Origin: Lingula anatina
Taxonomy: Eukaryota; Animalia; Brachiopoda
Length of the DNA stretch: 64,000 nucleotides
Direction of reading: 5' to 3'
Assembly: GCA_051362555.1 (NCBI GenBank)
Contig: CM120640.1
Span: 37,839,967 to 37,903,966, forward strand
The notes under the pieces are model-generated. The model ran no database searches. It was given only the letters and a program-made list of their open reading frames with translations, and was not told the origin of the DNA. Below, one piece after another: positions 12,917-26,300 of the stretch (within the stretch, counting starts at the first letter, position 1; each line of letters opens with the position of its first letter). A program made the translations under genes and the position numbers.

Positions 12917-15900
12917 TTAAGTCCCATCATTGGAATAAAACGGGTACCAGAAATCTGCTGGTAACTTGGCAGATACAGTAGGTGGCGCTGCCACTTCTGT
13001 CACTGCTGGCTGAGAAGCATCGATAAAAACAACAGAACTGGTCACTTCAAATGGCTGAGTCAGGTCTTGTAGTTCTGGCTGGCAGTAAGGGCCTATGCAC
13101 TGAAATTTAAAAAAAAAACACATTTTTCCCAATTTTCATGTAATAAATGTTTTGATACTTCTGTCATGTTGCTATCATCTCTCAGACGTTTCACAACTAG
13201 TAAATAAGTATCCAATACATTTTTCTTCCCTTTTGCATGTTTCATTCAGTTCAATTAACTTCATTGTAAAGTTCACATCTGAAAACACAAAGATATTACT
13301 TACTCTGTACTGTATTCTCTGTGGGTCATCAAACTTACAATTAACACCTATAATCTTTGGCTGAGGATTGGCTAGGGCACCAACATTAATATAAACTATT
13401 TCTAGGTGCATGCCCAACCTGATGTCATTACAGATTCCATCACCACCACCCTAGAAAGGAAAACAAATATTATAATACAGGCTAAAAGTATTAATGTAAA
13501 TGTAAATACACCTTCTTCTTAAATTTTAAAGTTAAATGTGAGCACAACACAGTCTATTAGATTCAAAGTCGGTCTAGATTACCTTTATGTAGATCAGATT
13601 CAGTTTAATCTTGAAGTGCTTTCTTGTTACTTGATCATTCATTTATTGCATCAGCTGAATACATTGGTTCAATAGGTGTAGGAATGCATTAATAAATAAA
13701 TAAATAAAAATATAAAAATATGAGAGCACTATATATATATATATGGAATTTTACATGTGAACACAGAAATCATTAAACTGACAATACTTACAGATGCTGC
13801 ACTTTGAATGTTATCCAAACCAAGAATAGGAATCCAGTCCCCAGTGTACTCTGGTTGACTGTTTCCAAAGGTGGCTACATATGAAGAGGAGTTTAAATTG
13901 CCAAGGAGTGCTATTTTAGCCAGTTCTTGAATAACTGAACACTGGCTGCTTACATTAGTCAATGTAGCTCTGGAAATGAAGTAATTAGGTGGTTATTTAA
14001 CAAAATGCCAAAATGCCTGCTCCCTTTTGTGGACTTAACATTCTTTTACGTGACCATCTTTAGAATGTTTCTTAAACTCAATACAAATCAAAGTCTAAAA
14101 AAAGAAATTAAATTGAAAAGATTGGACCGGCTTTATTAATGCCCTACAATTTCACACAACTTAGAAAAAAAGACCATTTCTGTTTTACAATATACCTTAT
14201 CAAACAACCAGTTCTCATATTTTCTCCAAAATTTACAGGCACTCTTTTGGAACTGTCCATTTCACAATCTCCAGTTGCAGTACTTGTCACTAAAGTAAGA
14301 TAACTATTTCTATCTGTGGGTAGTGCTATAGAAAATCCAGTAGTATTGTTAAGGAAGACATCCCACAGTTCTGTGTTAACACTAACTTAGAGTTCTACTT
14401 AATAATCTATATCTTAGCCATTTCCCGATGTGGAGATTTTGTCTCTTTATTGTGGAGATTCAACTTTTTAATTTAATCAATTTCAATATAACAGCATGAA
14501 AAAGGATATTTTGATATCGGTTTTTGCTTCCCTGCCATCACAGGTTGACCTACTACGTAACCAGGGTTACCACTTCTTTTGAAAGTGTTACTTTCTCCAA
14601 TCTGAAAATCAAGAAATAAATTGAAAATAAAGTGGGTAGAAGAAAATATAGTTTGGTTCAAGCACTATGACTTAGATTAAGGAAAGCTGTACCAGTTTTC
14701 TATAAATTAATGTCAAGTTTTAAATTCAACACTACACTGTTTTTCACATAGGGACTGTTTCCTTACCTTACTGAAGGAAATGCTAAATTTCTGGATCATT
14801 GGAAAGTCCTTTGTTGAAACTTCCTTTAGCGTCAATTTCACTGATGCACTAACAATATATGTACTATTGTGGGTAATTGTATACTCCACCTACAATAAAA
14901 AAAAATTCCAATTCAAATTTGAAGCTTGTGTATCTCTCACTACTTTAGCTAAAATTACCGAGCAAAATATTCATATTTTATGTGATAATTCTACTTCAGA
15001 AATTTATAGTAAAATTTAACAAGGGTAATTACTGATCATGATAAATGCCCAAGCAAAACTGAAACCACATAGACAACTTATGTCAGGCACAACTATATTC
15101 AAAGTTGTAATGAAGTGCACGCCACAACTAGCTCAACCCCCCTTCTCAAGTTATTAAGTTTTAGTGTTGTTCTCTCAATGACGCCTGTGACCTTGACAAA
15201 CTTAGTTAATAATTTGTGTAATTACCTTAGAGACTTCCATACACACACAGCCAGAAAGACAACCTGACTCCATTATACCTGGCATAGCAGGAGATTTTCA
15301 CTTACGTGTGTCACAACATTGTTACAAATCCCACCAGCATCATAAGTTGGCTGTAAAGGTTCAACAGTTTCTGCCAGTTGAGTACACGTCGTTTCCACTC
15401 CAGCAGAGTCCAAGCACTGCAGCCTACTTAACCTTATGAGATCAGTGCTGTTGTACAATGCTGGGGCCTGAGGGTCAGTGGAATAAAGTGTATCATTAAG
15501 GACACCCAGAGACTGAAAAAAAAAAGAATTTTAAATTAATATCACAATTATGTTTTCAGAGAATAAACTTTTGTTGACAATAATATTTTTCTAATTTACA
15601 ATTAAGCAAATAGTGATATGATTCATAATTAAAAACTAAAAATATTAAATCAAAACTTCACAGTAAAATAGTTGATCAATTAAACTAACTTACAGCCACA
15701 ATTTTGAATCCATCACTATATGTTCCAGCCTTCAGGGCTAATGCAGTTGGGGTCGATGCAGTGCACTCAACAGCTAAATCTGCAACTTCTCTAATACATT
15801 CACTGGTTTGATCTTCCAAATAGGCTGACAGGAAGGTATTCATATTAATAAGCATCAAAAAGTACCAGTCTAATCTTTAAAAACCTAAGAATCCAATCTG

Positions 15901-17980
15901 TTTCTCACTAAATGCCCATCACATGCAAAGAAAAATATATGATAGAAACTTCAAATTTCTTCCCTTAATAATTAAAGAATTTTTTAATGCCTGAAACCAA
16001 CACAGCCATATTAGGCGGTGAACTTTTCAAAATTATAGAAAGGCCTAAATTTTCAAGTTTGATGAAATTTTCAAAGTGAAAAAAATTACCTTAATGGAGA
16101 ATTGTCTTCTGACAAAAATTTCAAGTTGACTAAATTTTCAGGTTTTTACGGTATAAAGCACCTGACAAAAAAACATTGTCTAACCAACACCCTGTTATTA
16201 TTAATAGTCATTTATACTTTTTGCTGTAGATTTTACTTACCAGCAGGATTGCTGTCATCACACTGCTTTGTAATAAGAGGTGTTGGTAGGCCCAAATTCC
16301 CTATAGCATTACTTGGGTATATTGTGTATACAGGGTATCCACTCTATAAGCAACAACAAATAAAATGTACTAAAATGCACAGTTATAGCAAATCTAACAA
16401 CTGGCATGCTTCAAGTGAGATTCACCACCAAAAGTTGACATCCTAACTTAACCAGTTCCTGCAAATTATAATTACATGTACAATAACAAATTGACTCATA
16501 CAAACCACAAATACCTTGTAAGATTGGTTGTAAGTTGTTCCTACACTTTGGGTTGGCTGAAATGATGGCCCACCATATGTGCTCAGATACACATCAAACT
16601 GTTCAGTGGTGTTAATTTTATTTGCTATCTCAAAATAGTTTCTCGCAGCATCTGGAATATCAAATTGATAACATATAATAATAATAATAATAAGAAGAAG
16701 AAGAATATAGGCTAATAAACCCATTACACTTGCGTTTTGGAATGTGACAACTAGCTGAATGAATCTTTTAAGGAATCATTCTCCTGTTTGTTTAAAATTG
16801 TTCGGGGTTGGGGGTGGGATGAAGAAAGTGAAACACAACAAGTAAGATCATTGAAATGTACACTTAATCTGGACATAAATGGATCCATTACTTACAATTA
16901 TCTATCTGGATACAAAACAGATTATTTGATATGGAGGTGCTGTATTTTGGTGACTGCCCAGCAATGTTGTATTGTAGAATGATATTCTCTTGAATACACA
17001 GCCTATCTTCAGCACTGAAAAAATGTTTTACAAGATAAAACTTTTAAATTTCATCTTTGGGCCATTCCACAGTATTTTTCTACTTTGCAACTTCTTTTTT
17101 CATTTTGAACAATTTTGCTCTTTGTCAATATATTGCTTTATATGGACTTTTGCAGAGTTAGGATAATTAGCAAATGTATATATTATGCCCAACCATTTTG
17201 AGGGATATCATAATAAATGAAAATTATGAAGAGGAAAAAATACTGGAATCTATTAAAGAAAACACTCAAATTATAAAGGTTAAAATTTTAAGCATATATA
17301 TTTACGCTGTGTAGGAGTCACTGCACTGGCTAAATGCTGCAACATCTTCTACAGTACAGTCACTGTCACAGCAACAGTTGACATCACAGGCATTGGAAGT
17401 CAAATCACAAGTACAACGACCAATATCTGAAAAAAAAAAATTGACATAAATCCGTCCGTTACCCAGGTACACCGCACAAAATTTGCAAAAGAAGGTCGTA
17501 CTTCATAATTGTTCAACAATGAATTTATGGAGATAATGGAGTGGTTAAATGAATCTCAAGGTGACTTTTTTGATGTCATCACAGCATTGTGATTGTGTCA
17601 ATTAAAATGTACGAATTAAAGTGTGTAAATTATTATAAAAAAATAACATGAATTGTACCTGTATTTCGAGGCACAACGGTAGATCTCCCTGTTGGTATTG
17701 GTGTCGTGGTGGTTGGAATCGTTCCACCTGTTGTCCCAGTCGTGGGACTGCCTGTTGTTGGTGTAACAGTAACACTGGCACTGGCAGCTGCCGAGGATGC
17801 AGTTGCTGAATTAGTAATGGATGTTGTCTCTGAGGTTTGTATTGTAGAGTCTGAAACACTGACAGTTACGGTATCTGTTGAGGCCGACGAAGCTGTGGTA
17901 TCAGTTTGCCCTAGTACGCCTGCAAGTGACAAAATACTCAAAAACGTTACTAATGAAATCACATTTACCGCGACATCCAT
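12917..17980 (-). CDS. TCTN1: Tectonic (TCTN1/TCTN3-like) ciliary transition-zone protein, 13 exons
   Basis: Exon 17659-17980 encodes a signal peptide and a Thr/Ser-rich stalk. Later exons carry CTCDLTSNACDVNCCCDSDC (~17306-17427), CDDSNPAAYL, GICNNVV, RSGNPGYVVGQPV (14510-14601), VNFGENMRTGC (14196-14339), VGALANPQPKI and FEVTSSVVFIDAS...KLPADFWYPF. The paralogue assignment (TCTN1 vs TCTN3) is uncertain. Confidence 0.9.
14340..14509 (-). other. U12-type (minor spliceosome) AT-AC intron, 170 nt
   Basis: Minus strand: 5' end ATATCCTTTT at 14509, branch point TTCCTTAAC followed by AATACTAC to the 3' AC at 14340. Removing it restores the frame (KPIS-N-GFSIALP). Confidence 0.93.
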
Positions 17981-18306
17981 GTTGTTTATGGTATGTGCAT
18001 TGCATGATGGGATCTAAGGATTATCGTCAGTGCTATTTCTTTTCTAATTTTTAATGACTAAGATTCATAAGGTAAAATAAGATGTTTTAATTTACTCTGA
18101 ATCTTAAAATACATTTACATTCTGATTATCTAAGGTAGAATTTTACTTTAAATTTCTCTCAATAACGAGAGCAGCGGTCTGCGGCGGCAAACAAAGAAAG
18201 CACCGGTTATTTATGCGAAGGACAAGGGAATTTCCGCCTTGTCACCTGCTGCCGCAGAAAAAAATATAGTGCATTCATTTCATTATTATACTTTTAAACA
18301 CAAAAG
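17981..18306. promoter_or_regulatory. Putative bidirectional promoter for tectonic and the orphan gene, including the orphan's non-coding exon 1 (donor after 18306)
   Basis: CpG-rich patch at 18165-18256, a strong AAG|GTAAGT donor at 18306, and the tectonic ATG at 17980 on the opposite strand. Confidence 0.55.
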
Positions 18307-19034
18307 GTAAGTGTCATTACATTGCTAAACCTACATCGGGGTAAGAAACTTCACTAATTTCAAATATATTTTCACTTACTGGAAGTGCCCCACGCCGTGG
18401 TTCATAATGCATTGTTTTGTTTATTTATAGTCCTCATTTATTGTAGACATATCGTTCTCTTATCATAAGATTATTAGTGTGTGTCATCAAATAGTTGTTG
18501 GTTAGCATATATACTTGTCTCATCTAATACTTACTTTGCTGAAACAGTTATTGCCACTGGCAGATAAATTAATTCAACAAAATGTTGATTGTTCAGATAT
18601 AGTTTGGGCCCTTGACATATGCCTTGGTTGTCTCCTTTACGCCTGTCATTGAAATCAGTTTATTAGGTATAGAATTCACATTCAGCAATCTTTTTAATAC
18701 CACAAGGTTATCAAAATTAGAAAATCATGATCAGAATTGGTTAAACATTTTTGAAGAAATTTCATAAAATCCATGAACTATGGTGTTTGGTGTTTCTAAT
18801 ACATTTTATGACCACCGCGAGGATGAATACTTCTTTAACTTGTCCTTGATCATTGTGTTGCTACAGATAAAAATGCAATATTACAAGTCAGTTCTTCCAA
18901 ATTATGGTGATGGCATGACATAGTTTACTTTTGTCTTTCATGTGTCCATAAAATTGATATTTCTATAAAATATGTCTTAAACATGCATGATTGTAGATAT
19001 GCAAATAACCTATTATATTGTGACTGTTTTAGCA

Positions 19035-21010
19035 ATGCCTGTTACAACAGGATTTGAGTGGAATATGGAAAGAGGGCCTATCTTTCGCTCACCTCTATTC
19101 CAAGTATATGGAACAAAGAGGAAAAATTCAGAAGAAAATATTGAGCCAAATATTTTAGAAAACGACGTAAGTGTAGCTTATTGCTTTTTGTCTGATATCA
19201 CTTGCCGTATTTAGATGACATATTAATGCCCATGGTGCTTAATATCCTCTTTATTTTTATTTATTTTTTGACCAATAAATACCATTACTGGCTGCAAATG
19301 AAATATATTGAGTAAACAAAATGCTGTTTAGATACCTTTAATTCATTTTGTTTTTGTTAGTGCATGTTGACCACAAAATAATACCTGTGGATTTCTTTTG
19401 GACAGACGGATCTCTCCTTCAAAAGACGGTGTATTTGGCCTGCTGATGTTAAGGAACAAACGCCTACTCAAGCAATGGAAATAAATCACAATGTGCCAAA
19501 CCAGCATTTTAAACAGTTGCAACAAGAACAGAACCATGTAAGGCTCAAACATACTCGGTGTAAACCCTAAACCAAGGAAAAAATTTTAATATTTCTAAAA
19601 TATTTTACAGATTTAAGCAAATCTACCATAAAGATTTTTCTGTTATTTATAGATGAAAGCTACCCAGAGTAAATTGATTTTTCTTGTAGTGAAAAGAATG
19701 TCCTAACTAAAGAGTGATTGCTCTTTATTTCATTTGACACCTTTGCTTTGATATATTTCAGATATCACCAGATCTCCCTATCCCAGCTCCTTGGTCATCA
19801 GAATTACAATCTCAACTTACCTCAGGCAATCAACCATGGCAGCCAGTAAAAGTAGTACCACAAAACACATCCCCCAGACAAGATGTACATATACAGGTGA
19901 GACATGCACATAAACTGTCAGTGCATTATGAAACATTTCATGTTAGATCTCTTTCAGTTTGTGTGGGTTGTCTTTCGGGATTGAAGAGGACCGTCTAGTC
20001 ATCCTTGGAGAGGGTGACGTGGGCTCCCTGGATTTTTGGGGGGGGGGGGGGTATAAGTTTGAAATCTTGTAGCTACTTTGTATTGTGTTGATGCATATGA
20101 TAAACTTGTAATCTTTTACACTTGGTATTTGCCTTAACTACTCAGGAAGAGATTAACAGAAGTTCAAGCAATTAATCATGTGTTGGTAAAGTTTTTAACA
20201 TTATGGAGGGAATATTCATCATTTTGTTGAGGAGTTTTATATTGTTGCATATCATTAAAAGCTTGAAATGTTTGTACTATAGGTGCATAAAAGAGTGGAA
20301 TGAATTGTTTGCTGTCAGTGAATGAGATAAACCTTGAGAAGAATGTTTTAACCCATGACATAGATTTTCAAAATAACCAACTCTGCTTATTAAAAAAGCA
20401 TTATCAGAAAAATTCAAGATCAATATAATCATAAATTGTATTACAATCGGTTCCAGCCTGGGAATATCATGGATTTAAATGATGAATGCTACAGCATGAG
20501 TGAGGTAGAAGATGCCTGTGTTAACATGGATTCTGACTGTGTTCCTGACCCACAGCAGTACAATCAAAGAGAGAACACAAACTGTCCTCAGTCAATGTGC
20601 CAGTAAGTAGAGTGTCATAGTGTGCTGCTCATGAAAGAAAAATATTGATTTCCTGACTCTTGCACAAAATAGTTATTGTGCTTTTATGTGCACTAGTCTG
20701 AAAAAGCAGTAATTTTGGGAAAATGAACACGTGGCAGTATTTGAAATTCACATTTGGTCTTATTTTGACACCTTGATTCTTTCCAGTTTAAAACCTTTTT
20801 GAAAATAATTAGAATTGAATGCAGCTGTGTGGTGGTCATTCCTCTTGCTGTAATACTAGTAATGTTATAAGTATGTAAAAAAAAACTTTTTGCTCTTTTT
20901 TTTTTAGGGGAGGCAACATAAGTCCAAATTCTGGCCTAGTTAGATGTTTCTGCAAACCCAATTGGGACCCTTTAATGGATTTGAGGCCATATATATCAGA
21001 TGTTTATTAA
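19035..21010 (+). CDS. Uncharacterised ~215-aa protein, 5 coding exons
   Basis: Exons 19035-19166, 19406-19537, 19762-19896, 20457-20602, 20908-21010 have canonical GT-AG sites and join into a 648-nt ORF: MPVTTGFEWNMERGPIFRSPLFQVYGTKRKNSEE...LSFKRRCIWPAD...GLVRCFCKPNWDPLMDLRPYISDVY*. Confidence 0.75.
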
Positions 21011-23307
21011 TAGTCGTCCACTACTGGTCATAGAGAAAGGAAAAGGTGTTTTTAAAATATTGATCAGGATCTCAAGAAGAAAGTGGCCATCTCAAATAGG
21101 CCAATCTCTCAAAGCCAGATAACAGGAAACATGCAACCAGAAACCAGCCAAGTTATCAAGCAGATAAAATTACCACTTTATTGAATGATGGCTCTGAAGA
21201 ATGAAATGGTACAGGAAGCAAAGTGGGTTGCATTGTCCAGTTTTGTGTTGTGTGTAGCGTATCCTGATAGAGCAACACTAGGTTGTGAATGCTATCACCA
21301 ACATATTCTTGATGTGATTTGAGTACTTTAAAAAGATTACTTCTGAAGTAAGAGTGATTCCTCAAGGAGAGACTGTGGTGAAACTAGTCACTGACTGCAT
21401 TCTCTGCCTAAGATATACTTAGAAGTTAGTGCATGTTGCACATCCATTGCATCTCTCTTTCTGAGAGCTACATGGTGCGTGTTGCACCTCCACTGCCTAT
21501 TGTCTTTCATGTTTAGACATGTTTAGGCACATACCTAGGTATGTGTAATGAGATTATTGTTATTATTATTATATTTTAGGTAAGGTTGTAGAGCTAGCTG
21601 TTATACTGAAGAGCTTATATAACTCTTACAAATAGTAGTATATTATATTTATATAGTTTTATAGCATATTTTGGGTTATGTAAATTTTGCATCAGTACGT
21701 ACAGAAAGCAGTGGTTGGTATGTTACTTAGTTTCTGTATTTATGGTCACCCTGCTTAAGGTGGGTTGAATGGTCAACTTCATTTATTTTCACATCTTTTA
21801 TTTTATCATACATTGTGTGTGAATGACAGTAAAATTAGTTATTATATATATATATTTTTAGCTATCAGGCGTGCCTGTAAAATATTTTTTAATCAATAGT
21901 TTGCTAATGAATTTACAGGCTTGAAGAAATATTGCCAGGATGTTTACCCTAGAGGTCTCAACAGTGCAAGTAAGATTGATTTCCAAAAAGCAATGCAATG
22001 ACTTTTGTTTGGCAGCACTAAAAGCATGTATCTTGTCAATGTGTCTAATTTTTTGTACATTTAAGTACCATCTTTTTTTTTAGCTATGCTTTTATAGTGA
22101 AAGTTGATCGAGCAGGGTTTTGTTATATTATTCAAGTGATTTTTAAAAGTGTGAGTTGTTTGTTATATCTAATTTATACAATCATAATGAAAGGTTGTAC
22201 ACATTTTTACTATTAACAAGTAAAAAATAAAACCATTGTGAAAAGAAATTTTTCTTATTTGTCAAATAAATAATATTAAATTAGAAAATTTAAAAACGAG
22301 TTGAGAGCATTCATTTGACATGGGGCACTTCACATTTCTGTAAACTAGATGCCAAGTCACTAGGCATCATTTTCCATTTTTGGTAAGTTTGCCTAAACAA
22401 ACTGGCTCAAGACCCACATATAAGATGACCACATTTTTACTTTTAAATTAAATTATTTTATTAACCAATTCAGATATGAATTAAAATTACTGTAATAGAC
22501 ATCTCCTTTGGGGAACAAGCAGTTGGGTATAACTGCTTTATTAAGATTCGCAGCTGGTTTTGTTAATCTTTCAAATTTCATGCACTTCCTTCTTGACACA
22601 CTCATAAGTTGTCCTACTAAAATGGAACTAATCCTATTAAATTAGCGTTAAATAATTTACTGTACATTATTTACCAAGTTGTCAATTAAATAAATAAAAC
22701 TGTAATAATACACAATTATCGAACATTTTCAATATTAAATTTTCTTAATTGTTCATAAATAATTATTTACTTAATTCCACTTTCCTTAAGTAACTACAGC
22801 TAAAAATGATGTAAATTGTCCATATGTTAAACACATGGAAGTATATTCTATAATCACAAATGTCATTTTTCCTCAGTATCATCTATGCTTTTTCCACATC
22901 CAAGAAGTACTGCCAACATTAACGGTTCTTTTTAAAAACTATACTAAAAAAGACCCACTTAACTATTAAAGAGTCTACACCTTGCTTATGTGTAATGATA
23001 AAGCCTTAACATTAGTCAAGTCTAAATGGGTGATAACTAATTCTGATGCAGATACCAACAACAAAATATACTGCACTTCCATCCTGCCATGCTGGAGCAC
23101 CTCTAACACCAAGTGTGGCTAATTTTGATCATTAAGTCAACATTTACATGGGACGCAAACATTTCCCTAATTCGATAACAATTTTGCCTCTCCCACTTCC
23201 TGTTATAAATAAACATAAATTGAGCACCATGTTGCTGCCAATCCACATTGTGGGGGAAAAAATGAGTGTCAATTTTTTGGGTTTCTTTTTTTTAGTTTGT
23301 TTCCTTA

Positions 23308-26300
23308 TCAATCCTCATCACTCGAGCTTGCTTCATCTTCACTGATGTCATCAGATATTGGGAATCTCAGGATTGCAGCAACGCCAGATAGCTGACCTAA
23401 TTCTGGAAGAGGAAATTACCCTTTAAACAAATTTATTAAAGAACAAAAATATTCTATCTGCTTAACCTAAAATGTGCAATAAACATTGACAACCTATGTG
23501 CACACATTGCCAAATGTGAACACACCTGTTAATGGTCTATATTATGAATGCCAACTCTTCAAATAATTACACATTAGTGGGAATGCCATTGATTTAAAAT
23601 CAGTTGATACACAATGATTCAAAATTGATGCTCTGGCATAAGAATTTTTTTCTGCTTAACAACCAATGACATGCCTCATTAAGGTGGTACAACTTAGATA
23701 TTACTTACGTTCTCCTGACACATGCAGGCTTGAAAAAACCTTTACTTCACCACCATTTTCTCTGACACTTTCTACCAGCTGTACATAACGTTGTCGTGTT
23801 GCCACGACTTGAGATCTTTTTTTGGAAAAATAAGAAGTAGATGTTTGTGCACAGAAAAATGTTTTTAATTACACAATTATTCTATATAACTTCATTGATT
23901 AGTCGACACTTTGAATACACTCAAACTAAGTAACAGTAAAAAGTACATTACAAGATCACTATCAAGAAACAAGATATAGACATCTTATTAATTAATTTTT
24001 CACTCTTTGTCATAACTTTCGTTAAATTTAATGTATAATCATTATGTTTGCTTTGCCCATATTATGTATCATAAACTTGTGTTGGAAATAAATATAAATC
24101 CAAATTTGGAAGTGTTTGTCTTGTTTTAATAAAGCTACTGGGAATTAAATATCAATTCATTAGATTCACAGCTTCTACAGGATTGTAGTAAGTAGGACAA
24201 AATAATAATGTGAAGTTACCGAACTGTCAATGTCTACCTACATAAATCCTGTATTACTCAGGTAGTTATATATGTACTTCTGTTTCAAATGAGAGCCCTA
24301 TACAATGACCTTACTATAGCTCACCTAAACAACTCGTCAGATATAAGCAGTGTTTCTATAGCTTGTTGCTCATTGGCCATTTCAACATGCCTGATTCTGG
24401 AAAAAAATACACAATTTCTCCTTTCAGAAAATAGTGAGCAAACTGATTTTTTTTCTAAATCACTTCTTTTGAAAGAAAGTAATTTTCATTCAATTTGCAA
24501 ACATTAATTTATGGGAAAAATGATTACACAGTTTGAAAGGCATACTGACTTACCCATAAAAAGCCCTATTTGGATCATTCTGCAGCATCTGATAAAAGTC
24601 ATCCAGAGCTTTGACTTCCCCTGAAGCCTTGGTGTCACTCAACCTACATGTTACTGCAGGGTCAGAGAGCACTTCTGAAAGAGCATTGAAAACAAAATCT
24701 ATATAATTCAATCTATATACTTGAATAAACATTTTCCTGGTATAGGAATCATTTAAAAGAAAGGTATGAATGGTGATCTTACATCATGGAAGCAGGCAGC
24801 AAAAGAAGGTGCTCCCAATTATTTATTAAATAAATAAATTGCAGTCCACAAATAAGTGTTCTTTTTGTCAGCCCTTGACAGTTCACAAATCCACCTGCTT
24901 TCTTCATAGTTTTTGTGACATCATGAGTGGGCCAGAAACAGGGTAATTATTATACAATATTAAGTCTGAGCCATAAACCAAAATTAAGAGTCTGAATAAG
25001 TTGCCTGTTAGTCAGCAGCAAGTTTTAAAGAAACTACTACTGTATTCTATTTAGCTCACCTTTTAAAGCATGCTTATGTCCCGAGGATGAATGAACTGCC
25101 AGAAACTTGGACTTATTTTCCAATAAAATTTTTATGTCCAATTTTAGGGCTTGAGTAAACATATAATCTATAAATTGATCCTGAAATTAAAAAATACATC
25201 ATTATTAGTTTAATGCTATCAACTAGTGGTATTTAATGTTTGGCATTCTTAGACTTACACTTTAAACTGTAATGATTTTAATTATTAAAACAAAAAAGAT
25301 TTGGATGAATGGACTTTAATTAATGAAATGGGTGACAGATAATAGCATTGCTGTTAACTAAAATATCTAATAACAACAGTCTTTGGTTTAATTACCTTCA
25401 GAAATCCTGGACTAGCAATGAGTACACATTTGACCACTGAAGGAGAATATGGAAAATTTATAAAAAATATCTTTTAAAAGAAATTTTCACCAAATTAAAG
25501 ATGCACAAACAGCAATGTTTATTAGCTGATAAACAAAATGTTTTATCAACTTTTACCTATCAATGAAGGGCTTCTTTATTTAGACAAGTAAAATACAATA
25601 ACATTCAATCAGATTTTAACTATGGAGGAGGAGTGTACTTACCATCAAAATTTACATGCCTTTGAATAGCTTGGATGATCTGGTCATAAAATTTCGTTAT
25701 ACCCTGTAATGTAGATTTTATTTCAAACTTTGGCTTACAATACCAACAAGAATTCTAAGCATTAAGGAAACGGCTAAAAAAATCAAATGTTTAATGATGA
25801 ATAATTAAAACTAATTCACTGTCCCAAGGATAGAATAAAAATAAAATATGTATGATTGGAAAAAAATTAGTCCTAAAAATAGAAAAAAAAATCATAAAAC
25901 TATATTGCATAAAAACTGAGGCTCAGTCTGAGAGAAAAGATGGAAAAAGCAGATGGATAGGAAAGAGGTGACAATTCACTGATTTAACTGCTGTTTATCT
26001 CACTCTTATTTCAGACGTGCTGAAAACTTTTCAGAATGGCCGGACATTTGGACCGGCAGTAATGAAATATTTGCCGGACCAAATGGATTTTTGTCGGACC
26101 AAAAATCACCCTATTTTTTGAGACAGATACTACCAGTGCGATTAGGGTAGCTTACTTTGTTTGTGAATGTGATAGGTTTGAAATGGAATGGAAAAAACGC
26201 TTTGGGTTTTATATAATTTTATTAGTGAAGTATGTCGAATGATGACTGTAAATTCAAAATTGCGGCTCTTAAAACTCTTAATGATCCTTTGGACTGACCA

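Noticed and set aside
15975-16153. Possible decayed DNA-transposon remnant ending in TTTTACGGTA with repeated AAATTTTCA
   Set aside because: No matching left terminus or TSD found.
17981-17995. Possible RFX X-box (GTTGTTTATGGTATG) next to the tectonic ATG
   Set aside because: Both half-sites deviate from the GTTGCCATGGCAAC-type consensus; too degenerate to call.
17706-18017. Val-rich 103-aa ORF on the + strand
   Set aside because: Antisense shadow of the Thr-rich tectonic exon 1.
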